Shown in pieces: positions 51,453 through 61,880 of a stretch of 64,000 nt of DNA (within the stretch, counting starts at the first letter, position 1; each line of letters opens with the position of its first letter). The DNA comes from an uncultured bacterium (GTDB taxonomy: Bacteria > Oederibacteriota > PGYV01 > CAWJRG01), in NCBI GenBank assembly GCA_963845185.1, contig CAWJRG010000009.1:352001-416000 (forward strand). Reading direction: 5' to 3'. The position numbers and the translations under genes are program-made. The notes below the pieces were generated by a model. The model made no database searches. It saw only the letters and a program-made list of their open reading frames with translations, and had not been told where the DNA came from.

Positions 51453-53656
51453 ATTACATAAAAGTGGCGGTATATGCAAATATAGACAGGCTGCTGACAT
51501 ATAAAACAGACCTTGATGTTTCTGATAAAAAGGGCTGTAGGGTAATTGTGCCACTGGGCAGGAAATACGCAAGCGGAGTCATTATCGAGCAGTTAGCCGG
51601 GGGAAAGTCAAACAATCTGCCTGAGGAAAAAATCAAACAGGTTTACAAATTTCTTGATGAAAAACCTGTGATTGACGATAAAATGATAAAACTGGGATTG
51701 TGGGCCTCAGACTATTATTTGTCGGCGCCGGGTACGATATTTTCAGCTATGCTTTCTGCCCTGAACAAGATCGTCTCAAGGCGGGTTATCGCCTTGGTAT
51801 TACCGGCAGCGGATTTGGAAAAGCTTGGGGATAATGAGAAAAAAATAATCGAATTTCTTAAGAGCAAAAGGAGAAAAAGGGCCTTTTTCAAGGACATGGA
51901 AAAAAAGCTCGGGATAAAGGATACGGACGGGGCTGTCAAGGCCCTGAAAGAAAAAGGCATAATAACCGACGCGGACGAGGCTGCGATAAATATAGTAAAA
52001 AGCAAAATGTTCGGGCAAGATACAATTGGCCAGGACAAGGCAAAAGAAATAGAATTAAACAGTTTCCAGAAAGAGGCACTGGGGAAAATATCGGAGAATA
52101 TCGGCAAAAACCAGTACAAGACTTTTCTGCTTTTCGGCATAACAGGTTCGGGCAAGACCGAAGTTTATATACGCGCGGTAAAATGCTGCATCCAAAAAGG
52201 CAGGAAGGCGATAGTGCTCGTGCCCGAGATATTCCTGACGCCGCAGATGCTCGAGAGGTTCCAGCAGGAATTCAAGGATAGTATAGCGGTGTTCCACAGC
52301 GGCCTGAAGCAAAGCGAGCGGCTTAATGAATGGCAGAAGATGAAAGACGGGGCTGTGGACATAGTCATAGGCACGCGCTCGGCAGTATTCGCGCCTTTTG
52401 CGGACCTGGGGCTTATAATAGTGGACGAGGAATTCGACAGCTCTTTCAAGCAGGAAAACAACCCCAAATACAACGCAAGGGACCTGGCTGTTTACAGGGG
52501 GAAAATAAGCAATGCGACCGTGATACTCGGGAGCGCAACACCGTCCATTGAAACCTATAATAATGCCAGGTCCGGGAAATATGAATTTATAAAGCTGCCC
52601 GAAAGGATTGCGGCAAGGCCGATGCCTGAGGTTAAAATCATTGATTTAAAGTTTGACAGCAAAGTTGAGAAATTTTTTTTTCTTTCCGAAACACTTCTGC
52701 AGGAAATGAGGGCTTCGCTTGGAAATAACGAGCAGGTAATACTTTTTATCAACCGCAGGGGGTTTTCGAATTATGTGTTATGCAGGAAATGCGGATACGT
52801 GGAGAAATGCGTCAACTGCGACATACCGCTTATATACCATAAGCACGATGACATGTTTATCTGCCATTACTGTGGGTTCGAAAAGAAACCTGAGGTTTTT
52901 TGCCCTATGTGCAAAACCAGGCTTTTGTACAAGGGAGTCGGCACGCAAAAAGTCGAGGAAATAATAAGTAAGTTTTTCCCGGGGAAAAAAATAGAAAGGA
53001 TAGACATTGACTCAATGCGCGACAAGCAAAGGTACTTTGAGGTTTATAAAGCCATTAAAGACAGGGAAGTGGATATACTCATAGGTACACAGATGATAGC
53101 CAAAGGTTTTGACTTTCCTGAAGTGACTTTTGTCGGCGTCGTAAGCATTGATACTATATTAAACCTGCCTGATTTTAGGTCGGAAGAAAGGGTGTTCCAG
53201 CTTTTAATGCAAGTTGCAGGCAGGACAGGAAGGGGGGACAAGCCAGGTAAAGTAATAATCCAGACTTTTAACCCAGGGAATACGGCAATACAAAGCGTAA
53301 AGAACTATGAAACCGAAAAATTTTACGAGGAACAAATTAAAATAAGGAAAAAATTAAATTACCCGCCTTTTTCAAGGCTGGCGCAGATAATAGTACACGA
53401 TAAAAATGAGGAAAAATGCGCGAAAAGCGCGGATGAAGCGCGCAATCATATCGACGTATTAATAAAAAGGGAAAATATAAAATCGATAGGCATCCTTGGG
53501 CCAGCTCCGGCGCCCTTGTCAAGAATCAGGGGAAAATATCGCTACAGCATCATATTGAAAGGCACGTCTTTGTCTGATTTGAATTATATCGCGAGGGAAA
53601 TGAAGACAGGGATAAAGGGCTTGGAAATAACAATAGACCCGATAAATGTGTTATAA
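51449..53656 (+). CDS. priA: Primosomal protein N'
   Basis: GITGSGKTEVY, LVPEI, DEE, GSATPS, Cys zinc fingers, GTQMIAKG, QVAGRTGR. Confidence 0.96.
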   Translation: MNYIKVAVYANIDRLLTYKTDLDVSDKKGCRVIVPLGRKYASGVIIEQLAGGKSNNLPEEKIKQVYKFLDEKPVIDDKMIKLGLWASDYYLSAPGTIFSAMLSALNKIVSRRVIALVLPAADLEKLGDNEKKIIEFLKSKRRKRAFFKDMEKKLGIKDTDGAVKALKEKGIITDADEAAINIVKSKMFGQDTIGQDKAKEIELNSFQKEALGKISENIGKNQYKTFLLFGITGSGKTEVYIRAVKCCIQKGRKAIVLVPEIFLTPQMLERFQQEFKDSIAVFHSGLKQSERLNEWQKMKDGAVDIVIGTRSAVFAPFADLGLIIVDEEFDSSFKQENNPKYNARDLAVYRGKISNATVILGSATPSIETYNNARSGKYEFIKLPERIAARPMPEVKIIDLKFDSKVEKFFFLSETLLQEMRASLGNNEQVILFINRRGFSNYVLCRKCGYVEKCVNCDIPLIYHKHDDMFICHYCGFEKKPEVFCPMCKTRLLYKGVGTQKVEEIISKFFPGKKIERIDIDSMRDKQRYFEVYKAIKDREVDILIGTQMIAKGFDFPEVTFVGVVSIDTILNLPDFRSEERVFQLLMQVAGRTGRGDKPGKVIIQTFNPGNTAIQSVKNYETEKFYEEQIKIRKKLNYPPFSRLAQIIVHDKNEEKCAKSADEARNHIDVLIKRENIKSIGILGPAPAPLSRIRGKYRYSIILKGTSLSDLNYIAREMKTGIKGLEITIDPINVL

Positions 53657-53745
53657 AGACACTGCTTATTGGCATAAGGAAAATGCAGGCGGCAGGGTGT
53701 TTTGGAGTTGAAAATGATTTTTTTCTGTGTTAAAATCTTTTTGCC

Positions 53746-54111
53746 ATGATAAAAGGAATCGGAATTGACATATGTGATACACAAAAATTAAAATCAAAAA
53801 TAAGGAATAACAGGAAGTTTTTGAAGCGTGTGTTCAGCGCAAGGGAAATAAAGTACTGCAAAAATAAAAGAAATTCAATCCTGCACCTGGCTGGCAGGTT
53901 TGCGGCAAAGGAAGCTTTTATAAAGGCTATTTCGATTGTAAACGGAATTAATTTGAATAAGATTGAAATCGCAAATAACCGCAACGGGATGCCTGATATT
54001 GTTCTTAACAAAGGCATAAAGGCTCTTTTAAGAAAGAAGAAAGGGAAAAAAATAACAATCAGCATAACGCATATAGATACGGTTTCAGCAGCCACGTGCG
54101 TGATTGAGTGA
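53746..54111 (+). CDS. acpS: Holo-ACP synthase
   Basis: GIGID, AGRFAAKEAF.KA, ISITH. Confidence 0.93.
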   Translation: MIKGIGIDICDTQKLKSKIRNNRKFLKRVFSAREIKYCKNKRNSILHLAGRFAAKEAFIKAISIVNGINLNKIEIANNRNGMPDIVLNKGIKALLRKKKGKKITISITHIDTVSAATCVIE

Positions 54112-54152
54112 TGAAAAATTGGGTTGTGCTGCAATCAAATTGAGGAGAAAAA

Positions 54153-55700
54153 ATGTATCTTGTTACTTCTTCTGAAATGAAGGAAATAGACAGAATAACG
54201 ACAGAGGAATATAAAATTCCTGCTTCTGTTTTGATGGAAAACGCAGGTGCAAATGTTGTGATGGCTTTAAACCAGGAATTCGCGTCATTATTTATGCGTC
54301 GGGTTTATGTCTTTTGCGGGCAGGGGAATAATGGCGGCGACGGTTTTGTAGTTGCACGCCACGCAAAGGCTGAAGGTGCACAGGTAAAAGTATTTTTTAC
54401 AGGGGATGTTTCAAAACTTACTTCCGAATCAAAAATGAATTTTGACATACTGGATAAATACGGAGTGGAAGTAACGGAATTAAAAGAATCAAGCGACATT
54501 GAAAAGTACCAAAGTGACATATTATCGTCCGATATTATAGTTGACGCGTTATTTGGCACTGGCATTAATAAAGCAGTGGAGGGTTTTTTTGCCAAATTGA
54601 TAGTATTTTTAAATATGACAGGCAAATATATTGTAAGTGTTGATATTCCTTCTGGTATAGACGCTGATACCGGCGACGTCAAGGGCGTGGCAATATATGC
54701 GGACTTGACAATCACGTTTGGCCTGCCGAAAATCGGCCTGGCAATTTACCCTGGGCTGGAATATGTCGGCAAGCTTGTAGTTGCAGACATTACTTTTCCG
54801 CAGCAACTCTTATCGGAGCCAAGGCAAAATGTATTGATAACGAGAGATATTGTTGTACCTTTACTGCCTTACAGGCATCCAAATGCGAATAAAGGCCATT
54901 TTGGGCCTATTTTTATAATCGGCGGTTCGCCGAGTTTGTTAGGGGCTGTTGTGTTGACAGGCAAGGCTGCTTTAAAAACAGGTGCAGGGATAGTTAATAT
55001 CGGACTGCCTGAAAGCTTGTGCAATACAGCTAAAAGCAGAAGCGACGAAATAATAGTGTCGGCATTTAAGGAAACAGCGGATGGCTGCATTGCGGAAGCA
55101 AATTACGACAGGATAATGGAAATTTCAGGAAAGGCAAAAGTCGTTGCCATAGGGCCGGGGATAGGTAGAAATAAGGAAACGCAATCTCTTGTAAGGAAAC
55201 TGGTAAAAACAATTAAAAAACCCATGGTTATTGATGCGGACGGCCTTAATGCAATAGCTGAAGATAAAGAATGCTTGCAAAAAATTTATAAAGATGTTAT
55301 ACTAACTCCACATATTGGCGAAATGTCAAGGCTTGCAAATATTAAGATGGAAGATATTATAAGAGATAAAATTGGAGTTTTAAGAAAATTTGTCAATGAT
55401 TATAAAGTGAATGTTCTTTTGAAAGATGGACGTTCTATTCTGGCAGATGCGGATAAAAATGTGTATGTAAATACCACTGGTAACTCCGGAATGGCAACAC
55501 CCGGAAGCGGCGATGTATTAACCGGTGTAATTGCCGCATTCATGGCTCACGGCATGTTATCTGCGCAAGCAGGAATAATAGCAAACTATGTGCACGGTTT
55601 GGCTGGTGATATATTACGCGGTGAAAACGGCGAAGAAGGAATAATAGCCGGGGATTTGGCAAAAGCCTTACCGCGCGCAATAAAAAATTTAAAACAATAG
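54153..55700 (+). CDS. nnr: Bifunctional NAD(P)H-hydrate epimerase/dehydratase
   Basis: LMENAG, GNNGGDG, VDIPSG, IDADGLN, TPHIGEM, GSGDVLTG. Confidence 0.95.
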   Translation: MYLVTSSEMKEIDRITTEEYKIPASVLMENAGANVVMALNQEFASLFMRRVYVFCGQGNNGGDGFVVARHAKAEGAQVKVFFTGDVSKLTSESKMNFDILDKYGVEVTELKESSDIEKYQSDILSSDIIVDALFGTGINKAVEGFFAKLIVFLNMTGKYIVSVDIPSGIDADTGDVKGVAIYADLTITFGLPKIGLAIYPGLEYVGKLVVADITFPQQLLSEPRQNVLITRDIVVPLLPYRHPNANKGHFGPIFIIGGSPSLLGAVVLTGKAALKTGAGIVNIGLPESLCNTAKSRSDEIIVSAFKETADGCIAEANYDRIMEISGKAKVVAIGPGIGRNKETQSLVRKLVKTIKKPMVIDADGLNAIAEDKECLQKIYKDVILTPHIGEMSRLANIKMEDIIRDKIGVLRKFVNDYKVNVLLKDGRSILADADKNVYVNTTGNSGMATPGSGDVLTGVIAAFMAHGMLSAQAGIIANYVHGLAGDILRGENGEEGIIAGDLAKALPRAIKNLKQ

Positions 55701-55710
55701 GAGGAAATAT

Positions 55711-56175
55711 ATGATTTCACCAATTCTAATTCTGCTAGTTTCCTTTTTATTTTTGATAATGTGGGGATGGATAATTACTATGTTTGTCGCTAATTTTTTA
55801 ATAAAAAGGAAAATAAACGTCTTAATAAGCCAGCCATTGTCAATAGAACAGAAGGAAGAACTTGATAACCTCCAGCTTGACCTTGATATAAATGCTTACC
55901 GCGCAAAAATGTCAAAAAGAATAGTTTTTGTATTCAGTTTGTTTTATGTAATACTTGCCTTGGCGCTGGTTTGGCTCAACAGCAAATACACGCTTTTTAC
56001 TTATGACGGGCTTGTTGATAATTTGAAACTTACCATGCTTATAGTGATATTGCTTTTTGTGCCATCATATGTTGGCCTGGAAATTATAAGCAATACGGAG
56101 GGCGCATCGAGCGACATAGCGGCCAAGCTTAAATTCACTGAAGAGTTAAAGCCGGGCGAAGAAGTTGAAGTTTAA
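55711..56175 (+). CDS. Hypothetical membrane protein (3 TM)
   Basis: GGAGG RBS; hydrophobic segments. Confidence 0.7.
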   Translation: MISPILILLVSFLFLIMWGWIITMFVANFLIKRKINVLISQPLSIEQKEELDNLQLDLDINAYRAKMSKRIVFVFSLFYVILALALVWLNSKYTLFTYDGLVDNLKLTMLIVILLFVPSYVGLEIISNTEGASSDIAAKLKFTEELKPGEEVEV

Positions 56176-56533
56176 ATACATAGCAGCGGTAATAATAGCA
56201 ATAGTTTTGATTGCGGGGTGCGCAGGAGCACAAATAAAAAAAGGGGCACTGGAAGTCAAAATTGATCCCGAAAAAGGCATAGCCCCTGGTACAATTGTCA
56301 GCGTGGAAGTAAAAGCGCCTGATGATGCTGTAAAAGTTTACGGGTATCTCGATATATGGCCGGATTTCCGTATATTCCTGAAATACGACCCCAATAATAA
56401 AATTTGGTTTAGAAAACAAATGATTCCTGTTGATTTAGTATTTCCACAAAGAGGAGAGTTTTTAATAAAGATTGAAGCTATAAATAAAGCAGGGGAAAAA
56501 TACCAGGCCGAAAAGAAAATTTCAACATTTTGA
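56165..56533 (+). CDS. Hypothetical lipoprotein
   Basis: Signal peptide with lipobox IAGC; TTG start. Confidence 0.65.
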   Translation: MKFKYIAAVIIAIVLIAGCAGAQIKKGALEVKIDPEKGIAPGTIVSVEVKAPDDAVKVYGYLDIWPDFRIFLKYDPNNKIWFRKQMIPVDLVFPQRGEFLIKIEAINKAGEKYQAEKKISTF

Positions 56534-56585
56534 CATAAAACACCCAAAGGATTCATACCTATTATTTGAAGGAGGATTTTAGATT

Positions 56586-57404
56586 ATGACAAAATCAGGC
56601 AAAAATAAAATAAGAACAGCAGAAGTACAGCCGGCTGAACCGCATACGATTGAAACGCAGCATCAAAATCCAAAGAGCAACATGAGCAAGATATTTGGAC
56701 TTATTATCCTTATTATCCTTCTCTTTTTCGCATATAAAATAATTGATTATTATACCGGCTGGGGTAATACTGAAAAGGTAATAAAAAGACATATTGACGA
56801 TGCGGAAAAAAGCATAATTTATAAAAGGTACAGTTCGGCGATATTTGAATATAATTTCATCATTAAAAAATGGGGCGGGAAGGAAAAATATAAGGATTAT
56901 GTAAAGCAGGCAAAACTCTCACTCGCAAAAACATACAAAGATTCAGAGCAATATATTAGCGCCATAGACGCATATAAAGCACTTATTAACGAATACAAGG
57001 ATAGCAACAGGGATATGTATGCGTGGCTTTTATTAGAACTTGGGGATTCCTATAACAGCATATTAAATACTGAAGAAGCTATAAGAACATATCAGTTGGT
57101 TATAGATGAATTCAAAGACAGCGACTGGGCCGCTGAAGCTTTTTTCGGCATAGCGGAGGCGTATAAATCAAAAAAAGATTATAAAAATGCGCTTGTTTAC
57201 TATAGCACAGTTGTGAATAAATACCAAAAAGGGTTTTTAAGCGCCGAGGCAATGACTAATATGGGAAAAATATACGAGCAGGAAAATAACATCAAGCAAG
57301 CATTTAAAATATACGAAAAAATAATTAAAGATTATCCGGATATTGTAACCGAAGAAGCAAAATTGAGATACGATGTTTTATCCCAAAAATTAAAGATTAA
57401 ATGA
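56586..57404 (+). CDS. Membrane-anchored tetratricopeptide repeat protein
   Basis: One TM helix then TPR repeats (AIDAYKALINEY, AIRTYQLVIDEF, YEKIIKDYP). Confidence 0.82.
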   Translation: MTKSGKNKIRTAEVQPAEPHTIETQHQNPKSNMSKIFGLIILIILLFFAYKIIDYYTGWGNTEKVIKRHIDDAEKSIIYKRYSSAIFEYNFIIKKWGGKEKYKDYVKQAKLSLAKTYKDSEQYISAIDAYKALINEYKDSNRDMYAWLLLELGDSYNSILNTEEAIRTYQLVIDEFKDSDWAAEAFFGIAEAYKSKKDYKNALVYYSTVVNKYQKGFLSAEAMTNMGKIYEQENNIKQAFKIYEKIIKDYPDIVTEEAKLRYDVLSQKLKIK

Positions 57405-58390
57405 GAGAATTTGAGTTTATTAAACAAATAAAAAAAAATATAACTTATAAAAATGCCGGAGTAATTAAAGGCATAGGGGACGACTGCGCAATAATCAATT
57501 TTGAACACGCGAAAAATAAATTCCTTATTGTAACTGCGGATTCTTTGTTTGAGGATGTACATTTTAAGAAAAAATATTTTAAACCATTGGAAATAGGCGC
57601 AAGGGCAATGGCTGTCAACATATCTGATATATGTGCAATGGGAGGGATTCCATTATATGCCATTGTAAGCATCGGTTATCCGGCCAAAGAAAAACAGGAC
57701 TTAATTAATAATTTGTACAAGGGAATTATCGAGTATGGAACAAATTACGGCATAGAGGTTGTAGGCGGCGATATAATATCGGCTGATAAAATATTTATTT
57801 CCATAACTTTAATCGGCGAGGTAGAGAAAGAAAAAGTCCTAAGACGCGACACCGCAAAGGCAGGCGATATTATTTTTGTTACCGGAGTTTTAGGAGACTC
57901 TTATTCCGGGCTTAAAATATTGAGCCGACGGAAGAATAACCAAATAAAGGATTTTGAATATATCCCAATAAAAAGACATATATTGCCTGTTCCCAGGTAT
58001 ATAGAAGGACGCATGCTGGCCGAATCCGATTTATTAAATTCATGCATTGATGTTTCCGATGGTATTGTAAATGATGTTACTAGAGTAGCCGAAGAAAGCG
58101 GTCTTGGCGCAGAGATATACGCAGAAACATTACCGGTTTCCCCGTCCGCTTATTGTGTCGCCATGAAATACAGAGACGACCCTCTGGATTATGCCTTATA
58201 CGGCGGAGAGGATTATGAACTTTTATTTACAGTTAGTGCGGTAAACAGGAATAAAATTTTAAAATTTGCCAGTGAAAATAATCTCGATATATCCGAGATA
58301 GGGAAAATGACTTCGAATAAAGCTATTTATATAATCAGAAAAGGCAAAAAAATAAAGGAAACTTATAAAAAAGCATGGAGACATTTTTAA
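57401..58390 (+). CDS. thiL: Thiamine-monophosphate kinase
   Basis: GIGDDCA, VNISDICAMGG, IDVSDG, GGEDYEL. Confidence 0.95.
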   Translation: MREFEFIKQIKKNITYKNAGVIKGIGDDCAIINFEHAKNKFLIVTADSLFEDVHFKKKYFKPLEIGARAMAVNISDICAMGGIPLYAIVSIGYPAKEKQDLINNLYKGIIEYGTNYGIEVVGGDIISADKIFISITLIGEVEKEKVLRRDTAKAGDIIFVTGVLGDSYSGLKILSRRKNNQIKDFEYIPIKRHILPVPRYIEGRMLAESDLLNSCIDVSDGIVNDVTRVAEESGLGAEIYAETLPVSPSAYCVAMKYRDDPLDYALYGGEDYELLFTVSAVNRNKILKFASENNLDISEIGKMTSNKAIYIIRKGKKIKETYKKAWRHF

Positions 58391-58839
58391 ATAAAAGATT
58401 CAAGAAGATTGATTATTATATTTCCGAAAGTACCAAAGAGACTATTAAGTATGCGGAGAACTTTGCAAGAATTTTAAAAAGGGGAAATATTATAGGGTTG
58501 ATGGGGAGATTAGGAGCGGGAAAAACATATTTTGTCAAAGGGGCAGCCAGGGCTTTTGGAATAAAAAGGGATCTGATTATAAGCCCCACATTTAACCTGA
58601 TAAAGGAATATAATGGAAAAATAATCCTTTATCATTTTGATTTTTATAGGCTTAAAAATATGAAAGAATTATATGGTATAGGTTTTAGACATTATTTTGA
58701 AAATGAAAAAGCCATAATTTTTATTGAATGGGCGGACAAAATAAAAGAAATTTATAGTGATTACACACACATTGTAAGTATGGAGATTGCCGGAAGGCAA
58801 AAAAGAAATATAACTATTTATGCGAATAAAATGAAATAA
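58375..58839 (+). CDS. tsaE: tRNA threonylcarbamoyladenosine biosynthesis ATPase
   Basis: GRLGAGKT, SPTF, HFDFYRL, IEW. Confidence 0.93.
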   Translation: METFLNKRFKKIDYYISESTKETIKYAENFARILKRGNIIGLMGRLGAGKTYFVKGAARAFGIKRDLIISPTFNLIKEYNGKIILYHFDFYRLKNMKELYGIGFRHYFENEKAIIFIEWADKIKEIYSDYTHIVSMEIAGRQKRNITIYANKMK

Positions 58840-58853
58840 TTTGAGGGGACCCA

Positions 58854-59561
58854 ATGCTGACACTTACAGTTGATTCATCCACCAAAGAGATAGGGCTTGG
58901 TATTTTTGACGGGCAAAAAGTTCTTGCTGAACAATATGTTGTCGCAGAAGCACGATATAATAAGATCCTTGTACCTTTGATAGATGAAATTTTAAAAAAA
59001 ATAGATTTGAATATTGAAGATATTGATGTCTTTGCATCTACGCTGGGCCCTGGTTCTTTCACGGGCATAAGGGTAGGGATGGCGTCAATGAAAGCTTTTG
59101 CACAGGGGCTTAATAAAAAGTTTTTTGGTATAACAATACTGGAAATAATGGCTAATTCAGTACAAAAAGAAAATACTGTAATATACCCGATAATAGATGC
59201 AAAAAGAAATGAGATTTATGCAGCGGCATACGTAAATAAGAATAATAAACTAAATTTAAAAACCGATATTAAGCTTATGAGCAAAGAAAAATTTTTTAAT
59301 AATATACAAAATGAGGATACAATTTGTTATTTAAAATATGAAAATATTCAGGTTGATTTATTCGAGAAAAATAGTAAAATTTCTTTTATTGAACTGGAGC
59401 ATGTGGACATGAAAAGCTTTAACGAGATTATTTTAAAAGAAAAGGAAAATTTAGAAAAGGCAAATAACGTCATGTTTACTCCGGCATATATAATGAAACC
59501 TGATGCAAAAACAAATTTTAAAGAAAGGAAATTATATGCAAAAAGCAGGCTTGATTTTTAA
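58854..59561 (+). CDS. tsaB: tRNA threonylcarbamoyladenosine biosynthesis protein TsaB
   Basis: VDSS, GPGSFTGIRVG, IDAKRNEIY. Confidence 0.93.
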   Translation: MLTLTVDSSTKEIGLGIFDGQKVLAEQYVVAEARYNKILVPLIDEILKKIDLNIEDIDVFASTLGPGSFTGIRVGMASMKAFAQGLNKKFFGITILEIMANSVQKENTVIYPIIDAKRNEIYAAAYVNKNNKLNLKTDIKLMSKEKFFNNIQNEDTICYLKYENIQVDLFEKNSKISFIELEHVDMKSFNEIILKEKENLEKANNVMFTPAYIMKPDAKTNFKERKLYAKSRLDF

Positions 59562-60069
59562 AGGAACTATTATAGCGGCCATTACGCTTTTTGTAATCGA
59601 ATTATTAAGTTTTTTATTATTTAACGATATATATAATGCCAATATAGGTACGGCTTTAATTTCACAAAAACCTTTTATTCTGATTTTAAAATTATTTTTT
59701 GTAAACATTATTGTTGGTTTTTTAATTGCATGTATTTTTGATTTTTTTTATCTTATGCTACCGGGAGGTTTTTTACGAAAAGCTTTATATTTTGCCTTTA
59801 TACTATTTGCTTTAGGAACAATTACCTGGCTTTTACATTTTTTTATAATATTTAATATGAACAATGGTTTTTTCTTTTTATTACTTATTGAATATATGCT
59901 ACTTGATTTCATTATAGCACTTATTTTAGTGGGTATTTATAACGAATATTACTTAATAAAACAAAAAGGAATTAAAACGGAGCCAAACGCAAACACGGCA
60001 GCAATTAATAAGCAGGAGGAAAAAAATGTTAAAAAAGACATTAATACTAACTACAATAAGCCTGTTTAA
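59536..60069 (+). CDS. Hypothetical membrane protein (4 TM)
   Basis: AGGA RBS before ATG 59536 (in frame with listed ORF 59503); hydrophobic. Confidence 0.65.
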   Translation: MQKAGLIFKGTIIAAITLFVIELLSFLLFNDIYNANIGTALISQKPFILILKLFFVNIIVGFLIACIFDFFYLMLPGGFLRKALYFAFILFALGTITWLLHFFIIFNMNNGFFFLLLIEYMLLDFIIALILVGIYNEYYLIKQKGIKTEPNANTAAINKQEEKNVKKDINTNYNKPV

Positions 60070-60685
60070 CACATTTTTTGTTTTGGGGCAGAATATTACA
60101 CCTACAACTTATCAAAATTCATCCAGCACTACATCGATAAAACAGACTGCAACTATTGATTTATCGGGAAATACTGTTGTTCAAAGAAATTTTTATTTAA
60201 GAATAGGCGCTATTGAGTCAATTAAAAACGATAAGTATTTATTAAAACAAAAAACTTCAGAAATTGAATTCTATATTAATAATGATACAAGAATATTTTT
60301 GACAAGTAAAGGCTCTTTTGATGACATAAATATAGGTGATTATGTTCTTATCAGGGGGCCACGCAACAAAAGAGTTGCACTTGCAAATTCTGTTTCGATC
60401 TATAAAGATAAAAAACTATTTATGGCATTTAATGTCAAAGACGAGTATGTCATAAAAGGTATAATTAGACAAAAAGAGCCTTTTATAATAACGCCAGATA
60501 ATGAAGGCAGGGATTTAAAAGTTGAATACGATGAAGATACTTACTGGATTTTAAATAAAGAAGTGGACGCGAATGAAATCAAAGTGGGTGATAGGGCAAA
60601 TCTTTACTTTGATACAGTAGTAAGCATTCGCTACAAAAATTATCCCATTAAAATAACAATAAACAGGGATAAGCCAGAGAATTAA
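60026..60685 (+). CDS. Secreted hypothetical protein with two OB-fold-like (DUF5666-like) repeats
   Basis: Signal peptide; repeats DTRIF..FDDINIGDYV and DTYW..NEIKVGDRA. Confidence 0.6.
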   Translation: MLKKTLILTTISLFNTFFVLGQNITPTTYQNSSSTTSIKQTATIDLSGNTVVQRNFYLRIGAIESIKNDKYLLKQKTSEIEFYINNDTRIFLTSKGSFDDINIGDYVLIRGPRNKRVALANSVSIYKDKKLFMAFNVKDEYVIKGIIRQKEPFIITPDNEGRDLKVEYDEDTYWILNKEVDANEIKVGDRANLYFDTVVSIRYKNYPIKITINRDKPEN

Positions 60686-61173
60686 TTTTATAAGAAGCTA
60701 AATTTTCTATATAATTATTTAGGGGAAAATACAATTACATTAAAACATATATCCTAAATACAGTTTCATTTGAAGAAATAACAGTTTTTTATTGCGCAAC
60801 AAACTGCACTGTTTATGGGACGTTTCATATTATAAAAACAATTGCAATAAAACCTGAAATAGATATTGAAAACAAAGATAATTAGTATATAATCATTTAA
60901 GTTTTAGTTTTTAAGTTATGAAACAAATAAATAGCCGTCCAAAATAAGCTATTTATTAAAATCAAGTGTTCTTATTTGAAAAAATAGAGCATATAAAATA
61001 ATCTTTAGAAATCAAATTAAATTTATCTATTATTGGTTTTGTAATTTAATAAACGAGCCTAATTATGTTTTAGTAAGTTATATTGAAGTTATAATACCCG
61101 GATAAATATGCCATGCTAGACATTATTGGGATTTGTTTTAGAAGGCGAGGTAATTTAAGCACAAAGTATTAAT

Positions 61174-61854
61174 ATGGCAAATATTAAACAGAATATAGAA
61201 AATATCAAAAAAGTAATTAGCAATTTAAATAAAGAGACAAAAATAGTAGGGGTTACAAAGTCAGTTGATGTTGAAAGAATAGTAGAAGCAATAGAAGCAG
61301 GTTTAACTGATTTTGGCGAAAATAAAGTTCAAGAAGCGATACCCAAGATAGAAATATTGAAACATAAAAACATAAAATGGCATTTTATCGGGCATTTGCA
61401 AAGCAATAAGATTAACAAAACAATAAAATATTTTAATATTGTGCAATCAATAGACACCGTTGAGCTGGCAATGAAAATGTCCGAAGCCCTTGCCAGAGAT
61501 AATATGTCAATTGATGCGTTCATTGAAGTAAAAGTTTCGCGAGAGCCAACTAAGTTTGGGGCTTCGCCAGAGCAGATACTTCGGATTATAGAGAAAATTT
61601 CAAAGCTGAAAAATATTAATTTATATGGATTTATGGCTATTGCGCCGTATTCCGAAAACGTTGAGGACGCTAGGCCTTATTTTAAAATTGCAAAATCTTT
61701 ATTTGATGAGATAAAAAGAAATTATTCGAACGAAAATGTAAAAATGCAATACCTGTCAATGGGAATGACAGACGATTATGTTGTGGCAATTGAAGAAGGT
61801 GCGAATATGGTCAGGATAGGAACAGGAATATTCGGGAATAGAATAATAAAGTAA
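61174..61854 (+). CDS. yggS: PLP homeostasis protein YggS
   Basis: VTKS, FGENKVQE, WHFIGHLQSNK, LSMGMTDD, RIGTGIFG. Confidence 0.95.
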   Translation: MANIKQNIENIKKVISNLNKETKIVGVTKSVDVERIVEAIEAGLTDFGENKVQEAIPKIEILKHKNIKWHFIGHLQSNKINKTIKYFNIVQSIDTVELAMKMSEALARDNMSIDAFIEVKVSREPTKFGASPEQILRIIEKISKLKNINLYGFMAIAPYSENVEDARPYFKIAKSLFDEIKRNYSNENVKMQYLSMGMTDDYVVAIEEGANMVRIGTGIFGNRIIK

Positions 61855-61880
61855 ACATAAGAAAGGTATAAAGAGGAAAA

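Noticed and set aside
53655..53705. Imperfect hairpin between priA and acpS
   Set aside because: Single copy with no similarity to the repeated motif; most simply a weak terminator or spacer
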